Below are positions 7,937 to 16,365 of a stretch of DNA of 39,386 nucleotides, in pieces. Every line of letters starts with the position of its first letter. Within the stretch, counting starts at the first letter, position 1. Source of the DNA: a virus (taxonomy: Duplodnaviria > Caudoviricetes); the IMG/VR virus record IMGVR_UViG_3300012948_000007, positions 1 through 39,386 of that record. The stretch is one strand, 5' to 3'. The translations under genes and the position numbers were made by a program. The notes under the pieces were generated by a model. It was not told the origin of the DNA, did no database searches, and saw only the letters and a list, made by a program, of their open reading frames with translations.

Positions 7937-9891
7937 CGCCGGCGGCATCGCTTTCGATTGAAAACTTATGGCGCGACGCAATTGTCGCGGCCATCCCCGA
8001 TGCGCGCTTGACGATCCCCGAATGGGCCGACACTTATCGGGTCGTTTCGCAAGGTCCGGAAATCGGCACGAAGTGGAAAACGACTCGCGTGCCTTTCCTG
8101 CGCGAGATCCTGGACTGCGCCACCGATCGGCGCGTGCATGAAATCGTTTTGTGGTCGAGTTCGCGCGTCGGCAAAACCGAAGGCGTGCTCAATAACATCG
8201 TCGGCTTTTTCATGCACATTGATCCTTGCCCGATAATGATGGTCCAACCGACGCTCGACATGGCCGAAAAATATTCACGCGATCGGCTAACCTCACTGAT
8301 TCGCGAAACGCCGGTCCTGCGTGATCTGGTCGAAGATCCGCGGACGCGTGACTCAGGAAATACGCTACTCCACAAAACCTTTCGCGGCGGTCACATTTCG
8401 ATCGTGGGCGCCAACTCACCCGTAGGCCTCGCCTCCGAAGATATCCGCGTTTTGCTACTCGACGAGGTGGATCGTTTCCCGGTCACTGCCGGCGCCGAAG
8501 GCGATCCCGTGGCCCTGGCGCGCGTGCGCACCCGCAATTATGCCGCGACCCTTGACGCGCTGGTCGTGATGACGAGCTCGCCCACGATCGAAGGTCAGTC
8601 GCGCATCGCGCGCGCTTATCAGGCCAGCGATCGGCGCAAGCTCTTTGTACAGTGTCCTGGCTGCGATGCGTGGCAAGAGCCCTTATGGGCGAATATCAAA
8701 TGGTCCGATATCGGCCTCGAGCCCAGCGAGGCGGTCTATGTTTGCCCCGAGTGCGGCGTGATGATCGCCGACGACGAAAAAGAGGATCTGATTTCGCGCT
8801 ACTCGTGGCACGCCGGCGCCGAATTCAACGGGATCGCCGGATTCAAATTACCGGGCACGGTTTCACCCTGGATCACTTGGGGCGAGATGGCCCTCGAGGT
8901 GACCCGCGCGGCGCATGAACACTCACTCGAGCAAAAGCAAGTTTTCGTCAATACGACTTTGGGCGAGCTCTGGCAACCCTGGGAAGAAATCGACAAAGAA
9001 GATCTCGAGTTTCGCAAAGAGGAATATCGCGCCGAAGTTCCCGCCGATGTGGTCCTGCTTACCTTCGCGGTCGACGTTCAGATTGATCGCATCGAAGTTG
9101 AGGTCGCCGGCTGGGGCATCGGCGACGAACGCTGGTCGATTGACTATCAGATTTTTCGCGGCGACCCCGCGCGCCTCGAGGTCGAAGGCGAGGTCACGGT
9201 CTGGGACGAGCTCGAGCGCTATCTCGAGCGCGACTGGCGCCACGAGCTCGGGGTCACGATGCGCGTGCGCTGTGGCTGCATTGACAGCGGCGGCGCCTGC
9301 ACCGATGCGGTTTACAAATTCGCCAAACGCGCCGCGCGCCGGCGCAAGCAATACTGGGCGGTAAAAGGTTCGTCTGTTCCTGGCCGCCCGATTGCGCCCA
9401 GGAAACCAACACGCGTCGGCCGCGAGAATATTCCCCTCCGCACGATCGGTACTGAAGTCGCCAAGGATAGGATTGCCGCCTCGCTCAAATCGGGATGGTC
9501 GGAAGATGGCCGCGAATGGATCGGCGGTCCTGGTTCGTATCACTTTCCCAGTCACTACACCGAGGACTATTTCGATCAACTGACGAGCGAGCGCGCGGTC
9601 GCGACTTATCATCGTGGTTACCCGGTCAAGCGTTGGGAATTGAAACCAGGGGCGCGCAACGAGGCGTGGGACGATCTGGTTTACAACCTGGCCGCCAAAG
9701 AAATTCTCAAACCGAATCTTAAAAATTATCGTGAGCTGCTACTCGAGCGAGTGGAGCAACGGTCAGGGCCGCCGGCAACTGCTGGCGGAGACGACGGCCA
9801 GGACCAAGACGACGCCGATCGGTCGGGGACGCGGCGCCGTGAGGCCTTCAGATTACCACGACGACGGACCGGCTTCGTGCGGAACTGGTAA
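7933..9891 (+). CDS. terL: Terminase large subunit, lambda gpA family
   Basis: Walker A (SSRVGKTE), Walker B (LLLDEVD), SSPT, CPGC/CPEC, VDVQ and NEAWD nuclease motifs. Confidence 0.96.
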   Translation: MTPAASLSIENLWRDAIVAAIPDARLTIPEWADTYRVVSQGPEIGTKWKTTRVPFLREILDCATDRRVHEIVLWSSSRVGKTEGVLNNIVGFFMHIDPCPIMMVQPTLDMAEKYSRDRLTSLIRETPVLRDLVEDPRTRDSGNTLLHKTFRGGHISIVGANSPVGLASEDIRVLLLDEVDRFPVTAGAEGDPVALARVRTRNYAATLDALVVMTSSPTIEGQSRIARAYQASDRRKLFVQCPGCDAWQEPLWANIKWSDIGLEPSEAVYVCPECGVMIADDEKEDLISRYSWHAGAEFNGIAGFKLPGTVSPWITWGEMALEVTRAAHEHSLEQKQVFVNTTLGELWQPWEEIDKEDLEFRKEEYRAEVPADVVLLTFAVDVQIDRIEVEVAGWGIGDERWSIDYQIFRGDPARLEVEGEVTVWDELERYLERDWRHELGVTMRVRCGCIDSGGACTDAVYKFAKRAARRRKQYWAVKGSSVPGRPIAPRKPTRVGRENIPLRTIGTEVAKDRIAASLKSGWSEDGREWIGGPGSYHFPSHYTEDYFDQLTSERAVATYHRGYPVKRWELKPGARNEAWDDLVYNLAAKEILKPNLKNYRELLLERVEQRSGPPATAGGDDGQDQDDADRSGTRRREAFRLPRRRTGFVRNW

Positions 9892-9951
9892 CGAGACCAC
9901 GACGAAACACGCGTTTGAGAAGCACTGCGAAGCTTTGGTAAAATCCCTGAA

Positions 9952-10404
9952 ATGAAAACACAAATCGTATTTCTGGCGATCCTAATTTTGATCGGCTGCA
10001 GTCCAGTTTTGGCGCAGCAGTCCGACACCGATTGTGATGTGAAAAAAATTTCAATCACGGAAATAGCCCGATCTGAATTTCCCTCAAGCAGTGCGAGCTT
10101 GGTGGTCCCGCCACTGGCGCGTGAATGTCTAATCAAGCTTGCGAAAACGATCCATAAAAACGATCCCGATCGTGAGTTTGAATTTTTCGAGGCGACGAGT
10201 GCCGAGTTAATCGAATTCCGTGAATGCGCCGCTCACGAAGTTGCGGCGGGTTGGTACATCTGCAGATATCGCGGAAGTTGGAAAGGTAAAGATCCGACGC
10301 TTTTTGTTTGGCGTTGGGATCTGGCCCACGCAATGCACGGTGGCAACGATCCGTGGTCTTTAGTTGATGGCAAGTGGAATTTAATCGAACGAGTAGAAAA
10401 ATAA
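9952..10404 (+). CDS. Exported protein or lipoprotein (moron-like)
   Basis: Signal peptide with LIGC lipobox-like motif; further Cys residues; lower GC. Confidence 0.7.
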   Translation: MKTQIVFLAILILIGCSPVLAQQSDTDCDVKKISITEIARSEFPSSSASLVVPPLARECLIKLAKTIHKNDPDREFEFFEATSAELIEFRECAAHEVAAGWYICRYRGSWKGKDPTLFVWRWDLAHAMHGGNDPWSLVDGKWNLIERVEK

Positions 10405-10408
10405 AATT

Positions 10409-10612
10409 ATGCCTATACGCATTATGATCGATCTCGAGCAATTCCGGCGGCTCGTGGCTGGAAAGTCGATCGTGTTGCAGGTGCGCAGTCCCGAGATCAA
10501 CGCCACCCAGCTGCAGGAAGTTGAGATCGCGCTCAGCGATATCGGTTGGGTCCCGATGTTAAAGGCGATCCACGACATGCTTGTTGATTCGCGCTTAGAT
10601 CAAAAAAAATGA
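10409..10612 (+). CDS. Hypothetical protein
   Basis: ORF fills the gap on the coding strand. Confidence 0.6.
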   Translation: MPIRIMIDLEQFRRLVAGKSIVLQVRSPEINATQLQEVEIALSDIGWVPMLKAIHDMLVDSRLDQKK

Positions 10613-10630
10613 CTATCTAAACGGTTGGCG

Positions 10631-10681
10631 GGACACCCTCCGAGACAGACGAGTCGCGTTTTCGTTTATGATGCGCGACCG
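10631..10681 (+). promoter_or_regulatory. Putative late promoter 1
   Basis: GGACACCCTCCGAGACAG box, TATGAT at 10667, ATG at 10682. Confidence 0.65.
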
Positions 10682-11095
10682 ATGGCGGCCTTTAACAAAT
10701 TTTATTCTTTCGTCGAAGCAATCGCCGAAAAGGTTCACAACCTCCAGGCCGATGCGCTGACCGTTTTCTTAACCACGAACGCCTCGGCACCCGTCGCCAC
10801 CAACACGCAGCTTTCAAACATTACCGAAATCGCGTACACGAATCTCTCGAGCCGCACTATTTCGATGAGCTCGTCGGCGCAAACGACCGGGCTTTACAAG
10901 TTGATCCTGACCGACTTAGTGCTCACCGCTTCGGGCGCCGTGGCGACTTTCCGCATGGTCGGAATTTATAATTTCACCGCGACCAACAAAGAGCTGGTCT
11001 GTTGGTTCGATTACGGCTCGGACGTGACCCTGGCGAACGGCGAAACTTTTACGCTCGACTTTGACGGCACGAACGGACTTTTGCAGATTCAATAA
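10682..11095 (+). CDS. Virion structural protein, likely collar or fibre base
   Basis: MAAFNKF...WFDYGSDVTLANGETFTLDF; beta-rich; precedes a fibre-like gene. Confidence 0.7.
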   Translation: MAAFNKFYSFVEAIAEKVHNLQADALTVFLTTNASAPVATNTQLSNITEIAYTNLSSRTISMSSSAQTTGLYKLILTDLVLTASGAVATFRMVGIYNFTATNKELVCWFDYGSDVTLANGETFTLDFDGTNGLLQIQ

Positions 11096-11647
11096 ATGAG
11101 TGAACGCACTGAAAAAGAAATCCTGACTGAGCTCAGCGCGGCGAAAGAAAAATTCGCCGAGCTAGCGGCGAACCCAGAATCGACCACGCTCGCGGCGCAA
11201 CAAGCAGCCGTCCAGGAAATCACCAAACTCGGCCAGGAGCTGGACCAGTTTATTTCGCAAGGTGCGGAGCCGTGCGCGAATCCGCGCGCGCAAGTCAATG
11301 CCGCTGGCGAAATGGAAACGAAGTCTTGTGGCGAGCGACCGATGGGAATGCTCAAGACCCCGGCTTACGAACGCGACGGGATCGAGGTCCCGGCAGTCTG
11401 GGAAGTTGGTTGCATTCACTGCGCGCCTTATCTGGTCGAGCATGAGAACGGCACTGCGGTCCTGCTCGAGGGCGAAGTTAAGAAAGTGAAACGCCGCTCG
11501 TTTTCGGCGCGCGCGAATTCGCCAGCTGAAGCGGTCAAGAAATGGAATGCCGGCGAGCTGGTCGAAGATTTCTATCTCGACCGCATTCCTGGTTACACGC
11601 CAGAGTACGCGCCGGCAGAGTCGTCAAGCGAAGCGAAGCCGAGTTAA
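11096..11647 (+). CDS. Hypothetical protein: coiled coil plus Lar-like zinc ribbon
   Basis: EPC...CG...WEVGCIHC...AEAVKKWN. Confidence 0.6.
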   Translation: MSERTEKEILTELSAAKEKFAELAANPESTTLAAQQAAVQEITKLGQELDQFISQGAEPCANPRAQVNAAGEMETKSCGERPMGMLKTPAYERDGIEVPAVWEVGCIHCAPYLVEHENGTAVLLEGEVKKVKRRSFSARANSPAEAVKKWNAGELVEDFYLDRIPGYTPEYAPAESSSEAKPS

Positions 11648-11705
11648 AATTGAGGTTGTCGTTTCTCTGAAAATGCACGGGGGCTAATTCAGGGAAATAA
11701 AGGGA

Positions 11706-11744
11706 AGCCGAGTCGGGCGGGGGCGCTCGGCTCGGTTTTTTTTT
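11706..11744 (+). terminator. Rho-independent terminator
   Basis: 14-bp stem with G-U pairs followed by a T-run. Confidence 0.8.
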
Positions 11745-11748
11745 CAAT

Positions 11749-11847
11749 TTGCTGCGCACCGAAACTTTATTTCGCTGGTTCGTGATTTTGATTTTGATCG
11801 GCTTGATCGTCGCGTCGATTTACGCTTTCAAATCATGGCTATTGTAG
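11749..11847 (+). CDS. Possible 32-aa single-TM peptide
   Basis: TTG start; LRTETLFRWFVILILIGLIVASIYAFKSWLL; overlaps next start. Confidence 0.4.
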   Translation: MLRTETLFRWFVILILIGLIVASIYAFKSWLL

Positions 11848-14147
11848 TCACACACATTGGCGATCGTGCCGATAAGACAGCGGCTACGGCCTGGGCAGTG
11901 ACGCTCACAGCTGGCGCCGCGATCGGAAATAAAATTGTTGTCAGTATCTCCGCGGACAATGCGGCGGCGAGCGGTCTTTCCTCGATCTCAAGTGTTACTG
12001 ATTCGCAAGGGAATACTTACAATCAAGTCTGGCTGAATAATCGAACCGCGGCCGGAGGTGCTAGCGATGGGATCACGGCGGCGCAATTCGAGTCGACCTT
12101 AACAATCGCTCTTACCACTTCGGACACGATAACGATCAACTTTTCGGTTTCAACCACGGCAAAGTGTGCGTCAATCGAAAAAGTCACCGGCAATAACAAC
12201 ACTCGAACCGATACGAATAACGCGAACGGTCAAGGGTCAACTTACGCCAGCCCCGCATCGGCAAGCATGGCCTCCGGTGACGTGATTATCGCGATGAGCT
12301 GTACCGAAACAGCGACGAATCAAGGCACCGACAGTGATACGACAAACGGTTCGTGGGTGGTCGCGCTGAATACGAATTCCGGTGGCAGTGGCGCCGATAA
12401 TACGAAACTCAATCTGCTGGTCGAATATAAGATCGTCACCGCGGCCGGCACGCAAACTTTCAACGGTAATAATGGAGTCGCGCAGGACTGGGGCAGCGGT
12501 TTTATCTGCTACACACCTGGCGCGGCTGCTTATACTTTGACCTGCGCGCAAGGATCGTTTTCCGAATCGGGTCAAACTACAAATCTGATCCGCACACGCA
12601 TCATGCCGGCGGCGCAAGCTTCGTTTGCGTTGACTGGTCAGGCGACGGGACTTACTAAAGGTCGCATCATGGCTGCGGCGCAAGGGTCCTATGCACTGAC
12701 CGGACAAGTAACAAATTTCAAGTTCAATCACATGCTGGCGGCCTTCGCTTCGTTTGCCTTAAACGGTCAAGCGGTCAACTTGCTTACTGGTCATCGACTA
12801 ATCGCGAACTTTGGTTCGTTCCCGTTAACTGGTCAATCCACGATCCTGGCGAAAGGGCGACTGATGGCCCTAGCGCAAGGATCGTTTTCGTTGGCCGGCC
12901 AGGTCCTGATTCTACGTCGCACGCGCGTTATGCCGGCGAGCTTCGCCTCGTTCACGCTTTCAGGACCAACGACAAACTTACTACTCGGCCGACGCCTGGT
13001 CGCGGCGCCAGGATCGTTTTCGCTGACCGGGCAAACGATCAACTTGTCGAAAGGTCGCTTTATCAGTCTGGTCGCCGGGAGCTTTACGTTCAGCGGTCAA
13101 GCGGTCAACTTGCTGCGAGGTCGCCGACTAATCGCGCCCCAAGGGTCCTATTCACTAAGCGGCCAAGTGCAAAATTTATTGTTCGGCCGACGCCTGGTCG
13201 CGCCGGCGGGATCTTTTACTTTGACCGGGCAGCTGACGAACTTGCTGCGAGGTTTGCGACTAATCACGACGGTCGCCTCGTTTTCGTTCACTGGTCAGGC
13301 GGTGAATTTAGTCGGCAGCACGAAGCGACTCGCCGCGGCGTTTGGATCGTTTTCACTGACCGGGCAAAGCGTGAATTTATTCGCCGCGGCGAAGCGACTC
13401 ACGGCGGCCTTTGGGTCATTCGTATTTTCAGGACAAGCGGCGAATCTTTTGCGCGCGCGCTTATTGCCGGCGAACTTTGGATCGTTGGCGCTCACCGGTC
13501 AGGACCTCGCCTTGCGGCGTACGCGCATCATGCCGGCGAGCTTTGCCTCGTTCACCTTTGCCGGCCAGAGCACGATCCTGGCGAAGGGTCGCACGATGGC
13601 CGCGGTCCTGGGCTCGTTCGTGGTGACCGGGCAAAGCGTGAATCTAAAACGCGCGCGGTTAATGCCGGCGAGCTTCGCTTCGTTCACTTTTACCGGCGAG
13701 CCGACAAACCTATTGCGCGCGCGCCGACTCCCAACGGTTGCGGCCTCGTTTACTTTCAGCGGTCAAGCGGCTAATTTGCTGCGAGGCCGACAGCTGGCCG
13801 CGATTGCCGGGGCATTCAGTCTCAGCGGAGTGGCGACACCGCTTCGACAAGCCCGACGATTGCCGGTCGGCGTTGGCCTTTTCACTTTGACCGGCGAAGC
13901 CGTGGCGATCGGTCCTGGTCAACATCTCACGATCTCGCCGGTGCGTGGCTCGTTTGTTCTGGCCGGCCAGGTCCTGACCATCCGGCGCACGCGGATTATG
14001 GCCGCCCCGCTGGGGTCCTATTCTTTAACCTTTAGCTCAATCAAGTCGATGGACCTAATCGCGGTCGAAGGCGCCACGCTGATCGTTGGTGAGACACCCG
14101 TCAACACAGTGTTTGGGGCCGATATGGTAAGTTTGCGAGTGCGATGA
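11835..14147 (+). CDS. Fibre/whisker-like protein: N-terminal beta domain plus about 23 repeats of 21-23 aa
   Basis: Repeat consensus GSFSLTGQAVNLLRGRRLxA from about 12530 to 14035. Confidence 0.8.
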   Translation: MAIVVTHIGDRADKTAATAWAVTLTAGAAIGNKIVVSISADNAAASGLSSISSVTDSQGNTYNQVWLNNRTAAGGASDGITAAQFESTLTIALTTSDTITINFSVSTTAKCASIEKVTGNNNTRTDTNNANGQGSTYASPASASMASGDVIIAMSCTETATNQGTDSDTTNGSWVVALNTNSGGSGADNTKLNLLVEYKIVTAAGTQTFNGNNGVAQDWGSGFICYTPGAAAYTLTCAQGSFSESGQTTNLIRTRIMPAAQASFALTGQATGLTKGRIMAAAQGSYALTGQVTNFKFNHMLAAFASFALNGQAVNLLTGHRLIANFGSFPLTGQSTILAKGRLMALAQGSFSLAGQVLILRRTRVMPASFASFTLSGPTTNLLLGRRLVAAPGSFSLTGQTINLSKGRFISLVAGSFTFSGQAVNLLRGRRLIAPQGSYSLSGQVQNLLFGRRLVAPAGSFTLTGQLTNLLRGLRLITTVASFSFTGQAVNLVGSTKRLAAAFGSFSLTGQSVNLFAAAKRLTAAFGSFVFSGQAANLLRARLLPANFGSLALTGQDLALRRTRIMPASFASFTFAGQSTILAKGRTMAAVLGSFVVTGQSVNLKRARLMPASFASFTFTGEPTNLLRARRLPTVAASFTFSGQAANLLRGRQLAAIAGAFSLSGVATPLRQARRLPVGVGLFTLTGEAVAIGPGQHLTISPVRGSFVLAGQVLTIRRTRIMAAPLGSYSLTFSSIKSMDLIAVEGATLIVGETPVNTVFGADMVSLRVR

Positions 14148-14683
14148 GCGATTCAATGACGGTCGATCCCGTCGACCCAGGCGACAAGAAATCTTTTAAG
14201 CTCGACTATTCCGTTTTGTTAGCGCAGCTCGGACCATCGGCGAAGATTGTCACCTCGAGCTGGGAACTACACCCCGATCTCCAGCAGCTCGCGGTCGGCT
14301 TCGACAATACTACGACCGCGATCAAGATCGACTTCGCCAACGCGAGCATCGGCTCGAATTACACTTGTTACAACCACATTGAAACGGACGGCGGCGACGC
14401 CCGCCGGCGCGCGATGATCGTGCCCGTGCGCGACTCGGCGACCTTCTCGCAAGCCTCGAACCTAAAAGAAACACTCGAGGCGATTCGCGCGGCGATTGCC
14501 AAAAACGCCACACGCGCGCAGCTGCGCCGGACCATCGGCGACAAAGCTATCGAGTGGATGTCGATTGATGAATTGCTCAAAGCCGAAACCAGATATCAGC
14601 AACTCTACAACCAGGAAAAAAGAAACGAACGCACGCGCGCCGGCGAGCCGTTCGTCAAAAACATTCACGCTCGCTTTATTTGA
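14144..14683 (+). CDS. Fusion of a fibre-adaptor-like Ig domain and a gpW-like head completion domain
   Basis: N-terminal DP.DKK..LDYS...SSW; C-terminal LEAIRAAI...TIGDKAIEWMSIDELL; directly before portal. Confidence 0.65.
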   Translation: MSDSMTVDPVDPGDKKSFKLDYSVLLAQLGPSAKIVTSSWELHPDLQQLAVGFDNTTTAIKIDFANASIGSNYTCYNHIETDGGDARRRAMIVPVRDSATFSQASNLKETLEAIRAAIAKNATRAQLRRTIGDKAIEWMSIDELLKAETRYQQLYNQEKRNERTRAGEPFVKNIHARFI

Positions 14684-14689
14684 AAAGTC

Positions 14690-16312
14690 ATGAATCGCAC
14701 GGTTAAGCGCATCCTGAAATATTTCGGCGTGACGATCGGACCGACGCCCGGCCCCGGGCGACCACTGCGTCGCGGTTACAAAGGCGCCCTTCCCTCAAAC
14801 CTGACCGCGGACTGGCCGACCGCGCAAACCTCAGCCAACGCGGAGCTGCGTCGCAGCTTGCGCAACTTGCGCTCGAGGTCGCGCGAACTGGCGCGCAATA
14901 AAGGTGTGATGAAAAAGTTTTTGTCGATGATCGGCGCGAATGTCATCGGCGCCGATGGAATCACTTTACGCGTGACCTTCGATCCGCACGGTAACTCGAC
15001 CACTGAGCGCGATGCGCAGCTGGCCCAAGAAATCGAGGACGCGTTCAAAGAGTGGGGCCGCCCCGAGAATGCGAGTTCGTCGGGCAAGCTTTCCTTTACC
15101 GGTCAACAATGGTTTGCGATCCGCTCAATGGCGCGTGACGGCGAATTCCTGGCGCGCGAGGTCCTGAATGCCGATAACCCCTTCGGTTACGCGCTGGCCT
15201 TTCGCGACCCGGCGTGGCTGGACGAAACCTACAATCAGATCGTCGAAGGCGGCCGCCGCATTCTTATGTCGGTTGAAATCGACGAGAACGATCGGCCGAT
15301 CCGCTATTGGTTGACCCGTCCGATCTCCGATTATCTTTACCCTGAATTCGATCAACGCTATTCCTACCGCACGCCGGTCGCCGCGAGCGAAATCATTCAC
15401 AAATTTTTAATCACTGAGGACGAAGTCCAGACGCGCGGCGTTCCCTGGGCGCACGCCGCGATGGAAGATATCCACGTGCTGGGCGGCTTGGTCGATGCCG
15501 AGCTTTATGCTTCGCGCGCCGGCGCCTGTGTCACTGATTATTTCATGCCGCCGGCAGACGAGGACCAAGGCGACGAAACCGATTTCTTACCCGCCGACTT
15601 TGAGCCTGGGGCGGTGCGCGAGCTCGAGAGCGGAGTCGCGCAAGTTTTGCCGGCGGGCTGGGAAGTCAAAAGCAACGATCCCAAGCATCCGAATACCAAC
15701 ATCTCCGCTTTCATAAAAGAAGTGAAGCGCGACATTGCTTCAGGCCTCGAGGTGGCTTACGAGGGTCTGGCGAACGATCGCGAAAGCGTTAACTATTCGT
15801 CGATTCGCGCTGGCTTACTCGAGGAGCGCGACTTTTATCGAATGCTGCAGGCGTTCATGGTCCAGCATTTTTGTCATCGTGTTTTTCAAAACTGGCTCAA
15901 GTCGGCAATGGTCAAAGGGGCGGTCAATCTCAGCTTGCGTGATTATGAGCGCGTGCGCGATACCTGGCGGCCGCGTGGCTGGGACTGGGTGGATCCACTG
16001 AAAGATATTCAAGCGGCGATCCTGGCGATTGCGAACGGGCTCGAGTGCCGCACTGACTACTGCAGCGAGCGCGGCGACGACTTTACCGATAACGTCAAAA
16101 AGCTGGCCGCCGAAACTAAAGCGCTCGAGGCGGCGGGCATCCTGGTCACGCCAACCGCAATGACGCCGGCGAAGCCGGCAGTTGATAAAACGCCGGCGAG
16201 CGATCAAAAAAGTGAAGCTGACCAGGCCGCCGAAGATAACTCACCCGATGGACCACAGCGCGTGCTTTCGATCTTCGAGTCGCAGCTCTTACCGGGCACG
16301 CGAGCGCAATAA
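14690..16312 (+). CDS. Portal protein, lambda family
   Basis: LRSRSRELARN, QTRGVPW, VNYSSIRAGLLE, WDWVDPLKD. Confidence 0.95.
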   Translation: MNRTVKRILKYFGVTIGPTPGPGRPLRRGYKGALPSNLTADWPTAQTSANAELRRSLRNLRSRSRELARNKGVMKKFLSMIGANVIGADGITLRVTFDPHGNSTTERDAQLAQEIEDAFKEWGRPENASSSGKLSFTGQQWFAIRSMARDGEFLAREVLNADNPFGYALAFRDPAWLDETYNQIVEGGRRILMSVEIDENDRPIRYWLTRPISDYLYPEFDQRYSYRTPVAASEIIHKFLITEDEVQTRGVPWAHAAMEDIHVLGGLVDAELYASRAGACVTDYFMPPADEDQGDETDFLPADFEPGAVRELESGVAQVLPAGWEVKSNDPKHPNTNISAFIKEVKRDIASGLEVAYEGLANDRESVNYSSIRAGLLEERDFYRMLQAFMVQHFCHRVFQNWLKSAMVKGAVNLSLRDYERVRDTWRPRGWDWVDPLKDIQAAILAIANGLECRTDYCSERGDDFTDNVKKLAAETKALEAAGILVTPTAMTPAKPAVDKTPASDQKSEADQAAEDNSPDGPQRVLSIFESQLLPGTRAQ

Positions 16313-16314
16313 GT

Positions 16315-16365
16315 GGACACCCTCCGAGACAGCGACCCCGCCGCTTGTGTTAATTTTTCGCGCCG
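16315..16365 (+). promoter_or_regulatory. Putative late promoter 2
   Basis: Identical 18-bp box, TAATTT at 16351, ATG at 16366. Confidence 0.65.

Noticed and set aside
12530-14035. CRISPR array or non-coding repeat
   Set aside because: The 63-69 bp periodicity is degenerate at DNA level and conserved at protein level; no cas genes
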